DNA of 64,000 nucleotides from assembly GCA_964399075.1 (NCBI GenBank), contig CAYNPK010000001.1, positions 55,457 to 119,456 of the forward strand. The letters run 5' to 3'. Shown here in pieces: positions 27,176 to 37,699 of this stretch (position 1 is the stretch's first letter; each line of letters opens with the position of its first letter). This stretch comes from an uncultured Candidatus Saccharibacteria bacterium. Its GTDB lineage: Bacteria > Patescibacteriota > Minisyncoccia > Phycocordibacterales > JACOZG01. Position numbers and translations under genes: made by a program. The notes under the pieces were generated by a model. The model did not search any database. It worked only from the letters and a program-made list of their open reading frames with translations, and was not told the DNA's origin.

Positions 27176-29077
27176 TTATTTTACCTCAGCGTCACGTATC
27201 TGGCTATCGGTATCAGGATTTGGTTCGTCCTTGTTGTCATTTTTATTGTTATCTTTTTTGCTTTGTTCAGCCATAGTTTGGCCAATTTTTTGCATTTCCG
27301 TCGAGAGTTCCTCCGAGGCTTTTTTCAGCGTTGAACTATCTGAACTATCTTTAGCTTTTTTTAGATTAGCAATTTTCTCCTCAACAGCTTGTTTTAATTC
27401 ATTTGTAATTTTATCGCCGGCGTCCTTCAGGGCTTTTTCCGCAGTATAAATTAAACTATCGGCAACATTTCGCAATTCGATCAATTCTTGAGTTTTCTTA
27501 TCTTCTTCGGCATGGAGTTCGGCTTCTTGTTTCAATTTCTCAATTTCTTCTTTAGTCAAACTGGAGCGGGCTTCAATTTTTACCGACTGTTCGCGACCGC
27601 TGGTTTTGTCTTTAGCTTTGACGTTTAAGATGCCGTTAGCGTCAATGTCAAAAGTAACTTCAATTTGAGGTAAACCTCGCGGAGAAGGTGGGATTCCATC
27701 CAGAATAAATCTCCCTAAGGTTTTGTTATCGGCCGCCAGAGGTCTTTCTCCTTGGACGATATTAATTTCGACTTGAGTTTGATTATCGGCCGCTGTTGAG
27801 AAAACTTGTGACTTTGAAGCTGGTATAGTGGTATTTTTCTCTATTAATTTAGTTGCCACTCCACCTAAGGTCTCAATACCGAGAGCCAGCGGGATAACAT
27901 CAAGCAATAACACGTCTTTAACATCACCCTGGAAAATTCCGGCCTGAATTGCCGCTCCTAGAGTAACTACTTCATCTGGATTTATTGAACGATTAGGCTC
28001 ACGGCCAAAAAATTTCCGCACTGCTTCGATAATAGCCGGCATGCGAGTTTGACCACCAACTAAAATAACCTCTTCAATTTCATTAGTTTTGTAACCAGAA
28101 GCCTCCAGAGCTCGTCCGCAAATCTCAATCGAGCGGTCAATGTAACCCTTAGCCAAATCTTCCAATTGACTGCGAGTCATTTTCAGTAAAAGATGTTTGG
28201 GGCCATTAGCATCAGAGGTGATAAAAGGAATGTTAATTTCTGTCTCTAAGGTTGTTGATAGCTCGTGCTTAGCTTTTTCAGCTGCGTCTTTTAAGCGCTG
28301 GAGGGCTAATTCATCTTTAGTGATATCAATGCCGGAATCTTTCTTAAATTGTTCGGCAATCCATTTCATAATATCTTGATCAATATCTTCGCCTCCCATA
28401 TGGGAATCGCCATCGGTTGCCTTCACTTGGATACTTTGTTCTCCGTCATCAGCACCAATAATATCTAATATTGAGATATCAAAAGTACCACCACCAAAGT
28501 CATAAACGGCCACCTGTTCGTTCTTGCGCTTATTAAAACCATAAGCCAAAGCCGCCGCTGTGGGTTCATTAATAATGCGCTTGACCTTAAACCCCGCTAT
28601 CTCTCCAGCATTACGAGTTGCTTGTCTTTGCGCATCATCGAAATAAGCCGGCACGGTAATTACCGCTTCTTCTATTTTTTCACCCAACTTTGCCTCAGCG
28701 TCCTTTTTTAATTTTTGTAAAATCATTGCCGAGACTTCTTCCGGACGAAAGAATTTATCTCCCATTTTCACTTTCACACCACCGTCATCGGCTGCTTCAA
28801 TTTCGTAAGAAACAATTTCTCGGTCACGCTTAATGTGTTTATCGCTAAATCGGTGACCCATTGTCCGCTTAATTCCATGAATAGTATTCTTAGGATTAGT
28901 TACCGCTTGTCGTTTAGCTAATAATCCAACTAGTCGTTCACCGTTTTTCGAAACAGCAACAACTGAAGGAGTAGTTCTGGCTCCCTCAACATTTTCAATA
29001 ATACGAGGCTGACCTCCCTCAACATAAGACATTGCCGAGTTTGTGGTTCCCAAATCGATTCCTAAAATTTTTGTCAT
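27176..29077 (-). CDS. dnaK: molecular chaperone DnaK (Hsp70)
   Basis: [19 protein letters not shown] and other Hsp70 signatures. Confidence 0.95.
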   Translation of the reverse strand: MTKILGIDLGTTNSAMSYVEGGQPRIIENVEGARTTPSVVAVSKNGERLVGLLAKRQAVTNPKNTIHGIKRTMGHRFSDKHIKRDREIVSYEIEAADDGGVKVKMGDKFFRPEEVSAMILQKLKKDAEAKLGEKIEEAVITVPAYFDDAQRQATRNAGEIAGFKVKRIINEPTAAALAYGFNKRKNEQVAVYDFGGGTFDISILDIIGADDGEQSIQVKATDGDSHMGGEDIDQDIMKWIAEQFKKDSGIDITKDELALQRLKDAAEKAKHELSTTLETEINIPFITSDANGPKHLLLKMTRSQLEDLAKGYIDRSIEICGRALEASGYKTNEIEEVILVGGQTRMPAIIEAVRKFFGREPNRSINPDEVVTLGAAIQAGIFQGDVKDVLLLDVIPLALGIETLGGVATKLIEKNTTIPASKSQVFSTAADNQTQVEINIVQGERPLAADNKTLGRFILDGIPPSPRGLPQIEVTFDIDANGILNVKAKDKTSGREQSVKIEARSSLTKEEIEKLKQEAELHAEEDKKTQELIELRNVADSLIYTAEKALKDAGDKITNELKQAVEEKIANLKKAKDSSDSSTLKKASEELSTEMQKIGQTMAEQSKKDNNKNDNKDEPNPDTDSQIRDAEVK

Positions 29078-29100
29078 AAAATCTTAAATATTTAAAATTC

Positions 29101-29667
29101 TTAATTTCTAATAAAACGACCAACTTTTACTTGGGTGGGGCGAATTATTCGATCATGGAGTTTGTAACCTTTCTGTACCACCTCTAACACAATATTATCT
29201 TCAGCGGGAGTGTCCGTGTCAATAGTCGCAATAGCTTGATGTTCTGCGGGGTTAAAATGCTGTTTCAGACTATCAATCTCGGTCAGGCCATTTTGTTTTA
29301 AGATGATTACTAATTGGGCATACAGCTGTTCGACCCCTTGTCGCCAATTTTCTGCGACAGCTTCCCAAACATTTTTATTCTGAAAAGCTAATTCAAAACT
29401 ATCAGCCAATTTGATTAATTCAAGCAATATTGGCTCCTTTGCAAATCGTATGGCTAGTTCTTTTGCCTCTTTTTCCGTTCGTCTTAAATTTAAATAATCA
29501 GCTTTTAGACGTTGACTAGTGGTTAAAAATTCCTGACGTTCAGTCTGGCAAGTCTTTAATTTGTCTCTTAATTTCTTTAGAGCAACTTGCGGATTATTAT
29601 TTAGAATATCGTCATCGACGACAATTTCTTCATCTTCATCAGATTTGGATTCTCGATCTTTAACCAT
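29101..29667 (-). CDS. grpE: nucleotide exchange factor GrpE
   Basis: Coiled-coil N-terminus and GrpE C-terminal beta-domain (GYKLHDRIIRPTQVKV). Operon grpE-dnaK-dnaJ. Confidence 0.8.
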   Translation of the reverse strand: MVKDRESKSDEDEEIVVDDDILNNNPQVALKKLRDKLKTCQTERQEFLTTSQRLKADYLNLRRTEKEAKELAIRFAKEPILLELIKLADSFELAFQNKNVWEAVAENWRQGVEQLYAQLVIILKQNGLTEIDSLKQHFNPAEHQAIATIDTDTPAEDNIVLEVVQKGYKLHDRIIRPTQVKVGRFIRN

Positions 29668-29677
29668 ATTTTGAAGC

Positions 29678-30082
29678 CTAACGCTTAGACCACTGAGGCG
29701 CCTTACGGGCCTTTTTCAATCCGAATTTTCGACGCTCTTTAATTCTAGAATCACGTTTTAATAAAGTAGACTTTTTAAGAGTTGGCTTTAAGTTTACATC
29801 GTACTTTATTAAAGCTCTAGCGATTGCTAAAGCGAGAGCTTGAGCTTGGGCGCTAACCCCACCACCAATAATTTTTGCACTAACAGAAAATTTATCTGTT
29901 AACTGTTGTTCGGCTAATGGTCGACTGACGACATTTCGCAAACTGTTTGTTGAAAAATAATTAGTTACAGCCCGATCATTAATCAGAAATAAGCTTTTAG
30001 AATCAGCGGTTAGACGTACTCTTGCCGTTGCCTCTTTTCTTCGACCAACAGCTTCATAATAAATTAAGGTATTTTTAGTCAT
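29678..30082 (-). CDS. rpsI: 30S ribosomal protein S9
   Basis: YYEAVGRRKEATARVRL... C-terminal ...RKAPQWSKR. Confidence 0.9.
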   Translation of the reverse strand: MTKNTLIYYEAVGRRKEATARVRLTADSKSLFLINDRAVTNYFSTNSLRNVVSRPLAEQQLTDKFSVSAKIIGGGVSAQAQALALAIARALIKYDVNLKPTLKKSTLLKRDSRIKERRKFGLKKARKAPQWSKR

Positions 30083-30431
30083 GAATGGTAAGACGTTTTA
30101 TTAATTTTGCTCGTAATTTATTCCCCGGCAACATACCCAAAACTGCTAGACGCAATGGTTCAGCATAGCCTTTTTTCTCAATTAACATCTCTAAGGTTTT
30201 CTCTTTGAGTCCACCGGGGTAACCAGTATAAGTTTTGTAAGTTTTAAGAGTTTTTTTGGTTGGAGAAATCTTCATTTCTTTAGCGTTAGTAACTTCCACA
30301 CTCACATCTGGGAGTAAGTGTGGTCGAAAGTTTGGTTTACTTTTTCCACGCAAAGCAACCGCCACTTGAGTCGCAATTCTCCCAATCGATTTTCCCTTAG
30401 CGTCTATCTTGATAAGATTAGTATTCAACAT
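30075..30431 (-). CDS. rplM: 50S ribosomal protein L13
   Basis: IDAKGKSIGRIATQVAVALRGK ... AVLGMLP; 8-bp overlap with rpsI. Confidence 0.85.
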   Translation of the reverse strand: MLNTNLIKIDAKGKSIGRIATQVAVALRGKSKPNFRPHLLPDVSVEVTNAKEMKISPTKKTLKTYKTYTGYPGGLKEKTLEMLIEKKGYAEPLRLAVLGMLPGNKLRAKLIKRLTIHD

Positions 30432-30446
30432 AATGTTCTATTTAGT

Positions 30447-30797
30447 TTAGACAAACTCAATTACCGCCATTTTACTACCATCACTTCGTCGTGGTGGTAA
30501 TTTCACAATTCTAGTATAACCACCAGCACGATTGACATAAGTCGGAGCGAGGTCGTCAATAAGTTTTTTGGCACGAGCGACAGTACCTAAGCGCGCAATG
30601 ACTAACCGTTTACTAGCAAGATCCCCTCGTCTAGCGGTTGTAACCAATTTTTCCACAAAGGGGCGTAATTCTTTAGCTTTGGCCTCAGTTGTGCGAATAC
30701 GACCTTTTTCAATCAGACTTTCAGCCAAGGACCGTAAAAGCGCCAAACGCTGATTGCGTTCTCGTCCTAATTTTCGGTTGGCGTTGTGGTGTCTCAT
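30447..30797 (-). CDS. rplQ: 50S ribosomal protein L17
   Basis: MRHHNANRKLGRERNQRLALLRSLAESLIEKGRIRTT. Confidence 0.9.
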   Translation of the reverse strand: MRHHNANRKLGRERNQRLALLRSLAESLIEKGRIRTTEAKAKELRPFVEKLVTTARRGDLASKRLVIARLGTVARAKKLIDDLAPTYVNRAGGYTRIVKLPPRRSDGSKMAVIEFV

Positions 30798-30805
30798 CGG
30801 AAAGT

Positions 30806-31795
30806 TTATTTTAAAGTAATTCCTAAATTATTCAAGGCCTTTTTTATTTCTGTCACTCCTTTTTCACCAAGACCAGTTATCTTTTTGAGATCTTCTTCCT
30901 TTTTTCTGGCCAAGCCACCAACCGTTCTGATGCCTTCTGTGGTTAAAGCTCGAGAAATACGGCTAGAGAGATTTAGATCATCAATTCTTGTTTTGAGAGC
31001 CTCATCTTGACCTTTTTGCTCCTCAGTGTCAGTAAAAGCCTCTTCTTTGCTAAAAATTTTGTCCTCATGATCTGATCCATCAACAGAAGCCTTGTCACTG
31101 TCTTCTTTCAAATCAGCAATTGATCTAAGTTGAGTAATCATGATTTCGATCGATTTTTGCAAAGCTTCCGCTGGTGTTAAAGTGCCGTCAGTTTCGATAT
31201 GTAAACGTAAGCGATTATAATTTGTTCTATCGCCGACTCTCATATTTTCTACTTCATAACTAATTCGACTTACGGGAGTAAAAGCTGCGTCAACGAAAAT
31301 TAAGCCGACTTCATTTTTTTCTCGAGACATTGACTCCTTAGGCAAGTAACCTAAACCCTTTTCTAGAGTCATTTCTACATTGAGTGAACTATTTTTTTCT
31401 GTTAACGTCGCAATGTGTTGAGTTTTATTTAAGATTTCAACCAAACCGCCAGTTTCAATATCAGACGCTGTTACCTCACGAGAACCCTTCACTGACAAAG
31501 TAATCTTTTTAGGCTCTTGATCGGCGAAATTAAATCTAATTTTTTTAAGATTCAAAATTACCATGATCATATCTTCTTTTACGCCTGGCAAAGTAGAAAA
31601 TTCGTGCTCAGCTCCCTCAATTTTTATTGAAGTAATAGCTACTCCCAATAAAGAAGACAGGATGATCCGTCGCAAAGAATTACCCAGAGTTTGACCGTAA
31701 CCAGGATGTAATCCTTCTATTTCATAAGTGCCACTGAAATCATTTTGACTGACAACTTTTAACTTAGAAGGCAAACTAATGTGTGACTCAATCAT
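30806..31795 (-). CDS. rpoA: DNA-directed RNA polymerase subunit alpha
   Basis: Alpha NTD (GTYEIEGLHPGYGQTLGNSLRR) and CTD (LNLSSRISRALTTEGIRTVGGLA...). Confidence 0.95.
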   Translation of the reverse strand: MIESHISLPSKLKVVSQNDFSGTYEIEGLHPGYGQTLGNSLRRIILSSLLGVAITSIKIEGAEHEFSTLPGVKEDMIMVILNLKKIRFNFADQEPKKITLSVKGSREVTASDIETGGLVEILNKTQHIATLTEKNSSLNVEMTLEKGLGYLPKESMSREKNEVGLIFVDAAFTPVSRISYEVENMRVGDRTNYNRLRLHIETDGTLTPAEALQKSIEIMITQLRSIADLKEDSDKASVDGSDHEDKIFSKEEAFTDTEEQKGQDEALKTRIDDLNLSSRISRALTTEGIRTVGGLARKKEEDLKKITGLGEKGVTEIKKALNNLGITLK

Positions 31796-31831
31796 AATTA
31801 ATATAAATTTGCTAAATTATTGTCATTAAAA

Positions 31832-32461
31832 TTAAACTCGACTATAAAACTCCAAAATGGAACCATAATTAACATCCAAGTCAGTTTCACCCATTATTGG
31901 TTCGCCTTTAACCTTTGCGGTCATTAACTTTGGGTCAAAAGCTAACCAAGCCGGTCCATGGTACTGTTTAAGATACTCTGGCAAATTTTTGAAAGCACCA
32001 CTGGTTTGACTAGCCGGACGGACACTCACGACATCGTCAGTTTTGAGTTGATGAGATGGAACATTGAGTCGACGACCATTTACCAAAATATGACCATGGG
32101 TTACTAACTGCCGCGCGAAAGCTCTAGAAGTTGCTAGACCAGAACGATAGACAACATTATCTAGCCGCCATTCCAAAAATTTAAATAATTCAGTAATGGG
32201 ATTAATTTTTGTCCGTCGACGAATAGTTTTAACATAGGTTGCCAATTGACGTTCTTTCAGTCCATAAGCATAGCGGACCTTTTGCTTTTCAATTAATTGC
32301 AAACCGTATTCGGAAATCGTTCTGGCACGATGACTACTCTTGCCAGAAGATTTCTTGCCTTTTTGCTCTGTGCCAGAAATACTAAATTTAGTAGTTTGAG
32401 TTTTAGGAAAAATACGAGCACCCAAACGTCTGGCTATTTTAAATTTTGGTCCAATTTTCAT
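31832..32461 (-). CDS. rpsD: 30S ribosomal protein S4
   Basis: True start MKIGPKFKIARRLG at 32461. The ORF-track upstream extension reads through the intergenic region. Confidence 0.9.
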   Translation of the reverse strand: MKIGPKFKIARRLGARIFPKTQTTKFSISGTEQKGKKSSGKSSHRARTISEYGLQLIEKQKVRYAYGLKERQLATYVKTIRRRTKINPITELFKFLEWRLDNVVYRSGLATSRAFARQLVTHGHILVNGRRLNVPSHQLKTDDVVSVRPASQTSGAFKNLPEYLKQYHGPAWLAFDPKLMTAKVKGEPIMGETDLDVNYGSILEFYSRV

Positions 32462-32477
32462 AAAAATAATTTTATAC

Positions 32478-32906
32478 TTATACTCTGCGTGGCTTACGTA
32501 ATTTAGGTCCGTTAAACGGCACCGGTGTTGAATCTTTAATAGTATCAATGATAAAACCACGCGCCATAAATGCTCTAATGGCCGCTTCGCGGCCAGCGCC
32601 AACTCCCTTAACGATCACATCAACCTCTTTCACACCCATTGTTTCAGCTTGATTGGCAATAACTTCAGCCACCTTACCGGCAGCAAACGGTGTTCCTTTC
32701 TTTGCCCCCTTAAAACCAAGACTACCACTAGAAGACCAGGTTAGAGCATTACCCATTGGATCGGTTAACAATAATTTAGTGTTATTATAGGTCGCTTGGA
32801 TATGCAAGACAGCGTGAGAAACCTTCCTTTTGGAAGCGGTCGAAGATTTAACGACAGATTCTGTCGCCTCACCCCCTTTTTCAGATGTGATACGTTTTTT
32901 TCCCAT
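32478..32906 (-). CDS. rpsK: 30S ribosomal protein S11
   Basis: AVLHIQATYNNTKLLLTDPMGNALTWSSSG is an S11 hallmark. Confidence 0.9.
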   Translation of the reverse strand: MGKKRITSEKGGEATESVVKSSTASKRKVSHAVLHIQATYNNTKLLLTDPMGNALTWSSSGSLGFKGAKKGTPFAAGKVAEVIANQAETMGVKEVDVIVKGVGAGREAAIRAFMARGFIIDTIKDSTPVPFNGPKLRKPRRV

Positions 32907-32912
32907 GTTATA

Positions 32913-33293
32913 TTATTTCTTCTCTACTTTCTTGCGACCAGAGGTCATGGTCTTCCGGATATTTCCTCGTCTAGTGCGAGAGTTTGTCTTCGTGCGTTGT
33001 CCGCGAACTGGTAGATGCTTAGAGTGACGACTACCACGATAACTTTTAACATCGATTAGACGCTTAATATTACCTGAGACTTCACGACGCAGAACACCCT
33101 CGGTTTTGTATTGATCAACCAATTCTCGAATATTTTTTTCTTCTTCGGGTTTCAAATCTTTAGCTAGGGTATTGTAAGATATTTTAGCGTTATTCAAAAT
33201 CATTCGAGCTCGGCTTTTACCAACACCGTAAATCACAGTTAAAGCTACTTCTAAACGCTTGCTATCAGGAATATTAATACCAGTGATTCGCAT
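32913..33293 (-). CDS. rpsM: 30S ribosomal protein S13
   Basis: MRITGINIPDSKRLEVALTVIYGVG. Confidence 0.9.
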   Translation of the reverse strand: MRITGINIPDSKRLEVALTVIYGVGKSRARMILNNAKISYNTLAKDLKPEEEKNIRELVDQYKTEGVLRREVSGNIKRLIDVKSYRGSRHSKHLPVRGQRTKTNSRTRRGNIRKTMTSGRKKVEKK

Positions 33294-33302
33294 AAATTTA
33301 AA

Positions 33303-33419
33303 TTAAGCTTGTTTTTGTTTGTGGCTAGGCTTAGATTTGCACACAACATACAAATGGCTGCGTCTTTTTACTAACTGACAACCAGCACACCGTTTTTTAA
33401 TCGAGGCTCTTACTTGCAT
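33303..33419 (-). CDS. rpmJ: 50S ribosomal protein L36
   Basis: Not in the ORF track (38 aa). My minus-strand translation is MQVRASIKKRCAGCQLVKRRSHLYVVCKSKPSHKQKQA, which matches the L36 zinc-ribbon consensus. Confidence 0.85.
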   Translation of the reverse strand: MQVRASIKKRCAGCQLVKRRSHLYVVCKSKPSHKQKQA

Positions 33420-33430
33420 GTTTAATTTGT

Positions 33431-33670
33431 TTAAAATCGTTTGATAATTCGACCTTTACCTCCATAGGAATCAAGAAAAACTTCAACTCTATCACCGATA
33501 AGCACCCGAATTCGATGTAAACGCATTTTGCCTGAGAGATAAGCAAGAATTTGCTTACCAGACTCGATTTCAACTCGAAAAAGAGTATTTGGCAAAGCTT
33601 CAACCACCACACCAGAAGTAACCTCTTCTGATTTCTCTGATGGTTGGCTTAATTGGCCTTCTGTCGGCAT
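33431..33670 (-). CDS. infA: translation initiation factor IF-1
   Basis: S1-like fold: GVVVEALPNTLFRVEIESGKQILAYLSGKMRLHRIRVLIGDRVEV. Confidence 0.9.
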   Translation of the reverse strand: MPTEGQLSQPSEKSEEVTSGVVVEALPNTLFRVEIESGKQILAYLSGKMRLHRIRVLIGDRVEVFLDSYGGKGRIIKRF

Positions 33671-33678
33671 TATTTGAG

Positions 33679-34941
33679 CTACGAACTTATATTAGCAGAA
33701 GCCTCCGGATGAGTCAATACTTTAATTTCTATGTCTTCGGATTGAGACGGGAAATATCTAAGCCACGGTGGCCAAAAAATAGCCTTGGCCGAATAAATAG
33801 CTGGAAATTGTTGAGAAATGGACTCTCCTTGACGCTTAGAATTACCAGCTAATAATTGGCTTAGCGCAATGGTATCAACTTCAGCTTGAATATAAGCTTG
33901 GCCAGAAACAGTAAGAGTAATCGACTCTGAGCTCTCAGTCACTTGTTCTTTATTATTTATCGTGATATCCAGATCGCTTAAATTAGAGATGAAATATTTT
34001 AAATCTTGAAAATCGGGAATTTCTCCATTGATCAAGTGAACAGTAAATTGATTTCGGTCAAAAATAATCACGCGCGGTAGAGCTGAAACAGTTAAGGTTA
34101 CCGAATTATCTTCACCCTCATTAACTTGCAATTGTTCAGAAAAATCAACAGATAAAGAATCGGCAGACCAAATAAAGGTGTCCGGAATTTGCGTCACCAA
34201 TTGACCCAAAGCTTGTTCTCTCAAAATTTGCTCTAATTCCGCCCGAGAAGATCTCTTGTCGTCGTCGGCCACTTTGGGAATTGAGCCGACGTAGCCACCA
34301 GTCATGGGAGTTTTTGAGCGAGCATAGAATTTTTCATATCGCGGACTATCTTTAAATCCAGGAATAGAGAAATCAGTTAGTGGAGAATTATAATTTTCTC
34401 CCGGATTATCAGCATAAACTGTTACTTCAACTTGTCCGGGAACAATTTGACCAGAAATGGTTGTTTGACCGGGAACGACAACTTCTTTATTAATGCGATA
34501 AATATTACCCGCCGTAGACTCAAATCTAGTGCCGGTAATTAAGGTTTGAGGAGAAGTGTTAAAATTATTATAAATAACAATTTGACCGCTAGCTTTTTGT
34601 TCAACCTCTTCGATCCCGCTGGCGATAAGATTTCTAGAGTCAACTAGAGATGGGAAGGTGGCAATTTTAAAATCAGGAATTTGAACTTGTTTATTATCAA
34701 AAGTTAAAATTTCCTGTCTAGGTGTTATTTCTACAGAAACACTAGAAAATAAACTCCCGATCGTGTAGATGACAATAGAGAACAAAACTAAAACAGCGAC
34801 AATAATAAAAACACGAACAGTAGCCGGAGACGGAGATCGATGAGGTCTAGCGATTGATATGGCCACTGGTTTGGTTGCTGATACCTTCTTGGGTAAAATT
34901 TCGCTTAAACTTTTTTTGTGATTACGAATATCTTGAAACAT
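33679..34941 (-). CDS. hypothetical bitopic membrane protein (short cytoplasmic N-terminus, one TM, large extracytoplasmic domain)
   Basis: TM RVFIIVAVLVLFSIVIYTIGSLF. No recognised domain. First gene of a three-gene cluster between infA and alaS. Confidence 0.4.
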   Translation of the reverse strand: MFQDIRNHKKSLSEILPKKVSATKPVAISIARPHRSPSPATVRVFIIVAVLVLFSIVIYTIGSLFSSVSVEITPRQEILTFDNKQVQIPDFKIATFPSLVDSRNLIASGIEEVEQKASGQIVIYNNFNTSPQTLITGTRFESTAGNIYRINKEVVVPGQTTISGQIVPGQVEVTVYADNPGENYNSPLTDFSIPGFKDSPRYEKFYARSKTPMTGGYVGSIPKVADDDKRSSRAELEQILREQALGQLVTQIPDTFIWSADSLSVDFSEQLQVNEGEDNSVTLTVSALPRVIIFDRNQFTVHLINGEIPDFQDLKYFISNLSDLDITINNKEQVTESSESITLTVSGQAYIQAEVDTIALSQLLAGNSKRQGESISQQFPAIYSAKAIFWPPWLRYFPSQSEDIEIKVLTHPEASANISS

Positions 34942-34943
34942 AA

Positions 34944-36101
34944 TTAATTAATTGATTTTTTAATTCTACCATAAAAAACGGTTTCTGCTACTAGGGCTTG
35001 ATCATAAATAACCCCCGACGTTAAACTATAACCTTCTCGTAGAATATCAGCGGATAATACATTTACCATAAACGGCTTACGGCTAACTTTAAATTCACCG
35101 AATTCATACGCCTGAAGCCATTGATGGAACAATGGGGCCATCAGTGGATCACTGACAATAAAAACAGTACTTGGCATAAAGCAATCGTCTAAGACCTTAA
35201 TCAACCCCTGGCGGAAATTATCTAACCACTTGGTTTTAGCCTTATTTAATGCTTGATTTATCCGTTCCGCAATGAGTGGATGTTGCTTATTGGCGATAAA
35301 CAGAGCAAGAGAAGATCGCATTTCGGCTGGGGTTGTGGCAAACTCCTTAACCAAGGTTCTAAGCAACCAATGACTGCCGAAAGGGTAAGAAACACTCCCC
35401 CTTAGTAATTTCTGCCAAACTAGAGAAATCTCACTTACTTCCCCATCAACATCCAAAATAACAAAACTATCTTGATCTGAAATGTCTTTCAAAACTTGAT
35501 AGAAAGCGAAGGCGGTCGCACAAAATTCAACTTCAACATGATGCCATTTGGCCATAATCACTTTACGAAATTGGTCCAAAATTCGACTGGAACCAAGATT
35601 TAAATAATGAGCAATTTCCAGTTCGTTTACTTTCTGACCAAACGGATGAGGTAACAAATAACCATTAGTTTTAATTTGCATTTGTTCAGTTTGTATTAAT
35701 TCGTGAGCGGATTTTTTTTCTTGGGGAGAAAAGAGTGATGGCAGAGATCGTTTAAAAGTCGCGACCTGGCTCATCACTAATTTATTTACCAATTGCGATG
35801 TTAAGAGAAATGGCTTAATCTCACTTTTTTTAATTACTTGAGTGCGAGAGGCATAAAATGGCGCCGAAAGAAAGCAAACCACCTTCTCTGGACGAGAAGC
35901 GCCTTGAGAAATAAGCTGGGTGATAGATTCTTCCAGAGTCAGGACTACTTGATGCAGAAATCGTTCTGAAGTTAAATTTTCCTGGAAATTAACCTCTCGA
36001 CGAACTCGCTGAATGATTTCTGGTTTCGAGCCTTTCGATTGCTTCACTAAAGCGATTCCAATTGAGGCGCTACTAATATCAACAATAGCAACTGAAGACA
36101 T
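34944..36101 (-). CDS. actin-like ATPase fold protein (FtsA/PilM-like N-terminus)
   Basis: N-terminus VAIVDISSASIGIALVK resembles the phosphate-1 motif of FtsA/PilM/Ppx. About 385 aa. Weak overall. Confidence 0.35.
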   Translation of the reverse strand: MSSVAIVDISSASIGIALVKQSKGSKPEIIQRVRREVNFQENLTSERFLHQVVLTLEESITQLISQGASRPEKVVCFLSAPFYASRTQVIKKSEIKPFLLTSQLVNKLVMSQVATFKRSLPSLFSPQEKKSAHELIQTEQMQIKTNGYLLPHPFGQKVNELEIAHYLNLGSSRILDQFRKVIMAKWHHVEVEFCATAFAFYQVLKDISDQDSFVILDVDGEVSEISLVWQKLLRGSVSYPFGSHWLLRTLVKEFATTPAEMRSSLALFIANKQHPLIAERINQALNKAKTKWLDNFRQGLIKVLDDCFMPSTVFIVSDPLMAPLFHQWLQAYEFGEFKVSRKPFMVNVLSADILREGYSLTSGVIYDQALVAETVFYGRIKKSIN

Positions 36102-36125
36102 TTTAAAAGTATAACATGAATTAGC

Positions 36126-37685
36126 TTAAGGAAGGACACTGGGATTGTGAATAATTTTAAGCTTTTCAACTAAAGAAAGTATTTCTGAAGAGTCTGGACG
36201 ACTTTGTTGAGAAATCGAGATAAACTGAGCAATAGTCGGCCATAGAATCATCGAACGCCTTTCTGGTGTCAAATCATTCCAGTTTTCCGCTTCCTTATCT
36301 GGATCTGTGTAATCTGTGTGAGCTAGAACAGGGGGAGTTATTTTTTTTAGATTAGATTTAGGTTTGGATTTAACCAAAACAGGAAGATTATCATCTTCTG
36401 GGACTTGGGATGAAGTATAAAGTAAGACAGAAAAAGTTTCGCTAGCTGAATTATTAGACAGATCAACCGCCTGGCAAGTTACCAAAGTGGTACCAAGATC
36501 AAAAATCGTTCCAGAACTCGGACTACAAATAACCTCGACAACGCCATCGACCATATCGCTAGCAACTGGATAATCATAGTTAACAACGCTCGGTCCACCA
36601 ACTTCAATTTCTCTATCAACCACCGAAGATAAAACCGGTGGCGTAGTATCAACAACCGTAATTGTTCTTGTAATTGGTAGGGCTGAATTATCAGACAAAT
36701 TATTAACTTGATAAGTGACGATATGTTCGCCCAAAATAAGGGTATCAATTGGCAAACCGGTAACTTCAATAAGATCTGTAAGATCACCGTCATCTTGATC
36801 CCAAGCCGTAGCTCCGAAATCCACATAAGTTGAACCAGCCTCGACAACAATCAGCTCCTCGCCAATCAAAATAATAACAGGAAGATCTGGGTCAACCTCA
36901 ACAACTTCTTCCATTATTTCTTGCACGACAGTGTCAGAAGTACTGCCCTGGAAATTATCGTCACCCTCGTAAACAACAAAAAGTGAATGGAGCCCGGGCA
37001 ACAAATCAGAAATAGAAACAGTAGCCACGCCAGCAGAGTCTAATTCCAATGATTCAGCCAGATCTGTTTCCCCAAATTCACCAGTTTCTTTCAATTTAAT
37101 AACTCCGCTAGGAATACCAACACCGTCAGGAGAAGAATGAGACACAGTGACCACTAATTCTAAATCTTCTGTTGGCAAAGATGGGTTTGTTGCAGAAGAC
37201 AGAGTTATAATGCTATCAGCTTGATCGACTGTCTTATTTAAGGGGGCACTGTAGCCAATTGCAAGATTAATTAAACCCTCACTTTTATCAATAACTTCAG
37301 CAGTCAAATTAACTTCACCAGCCGAAGTGTCGCGATAGAAAAAATTATCGGTGTTTTGTCTGGGTGAAAGAATATCAAGAATTAAGTTTGTTTCTGTAAA
37401 ATCACCAACAGTGCTAGTATCAAAATACCCAGTTGGAGAATCTGAAGAAATTTTTACTCTAAGATATTGATCAGTCCCAGTTACCGCTTCAGCTAGGCCG
37501 TCAATATTTTGAGCCCGAATTCTTAGCGGTTTTGAAGTGATATTAGGCAAACCAACAATAAAACTTGGTGGCTGATCTACAGGATTAAATCCAATTTGAG
37601 TAATTTCATCACTGGCCGCTTCGACAATTCTAAAAACACCAAAAAGGCTAACCAAACAAAAGGTTAGAATAAAAAGATTTTTCAT
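36126..37685 (-). CDS. secreted protein with tandem bacterial Ig-like (DUF5011/HYR-like) domains
   Basis: Signal peptide. ...DDGDLTDLIEVTGLPIDTLILGEHIVTYQVNNLSDNSALPITRTITVVDTTPP and a second ...DGVVEVICSPSSG...LVTCQAVDLSNNSASETF repeat. Confidence 0.45.
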   Translation of the reverse strand: MKNLFILTFCLVSLFGVFRIVEAASDEITQIGFNPVDQPPSFIVGLPNITSKPLRIRAQNIDGLAEAVTGTDQYLRVKISSDSPTGYFDTSTVGDFTETNLILDILSPRQNTDNFFYRDTSAGEVNLTAEVIDKSEGLINLAIGYSAPLNKTVDQADSIITLSSATNPSLPTEDLELVVTVSHSSPDGVGIPSGVIKLKETGEFGETDLAESLELDSAGVATVSISDLLPGLHSLFVVYEGDDNFQGSTSDTVVQEIMEEVVEVDPDLPVIILIGEELIVVEAGSTYVDFGATAWDQDDGDLTDLIEVTGLPIDTLILGEHIVTYQVNNLSDNSALPITRTITVVDTTPPVLSSVVDREIEVGGPSVVNYDYPVASDMVDGVVEVICSPSSGTIFDLGTTLVTCQAVDLSNNSASETFSVLLYTSSQVPEDDNLPVLVKSKPKSNLKKITPPVLAHTDYTDPDKEAENWNDLTPERRSMILWPTIAQFISISQQSRPDSSEILSLVEKLKIIHNPSVLP

Positions 37686-37699
37686 TTAATTAAATTTTT

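Noticed and set aside
33397-33612. 71-aa minus ORF overlapping infA in another frame
   Set aside because: The infA frame gives a textbook IF-1 S1 domain. This alternative frame gives no recognisable protein.
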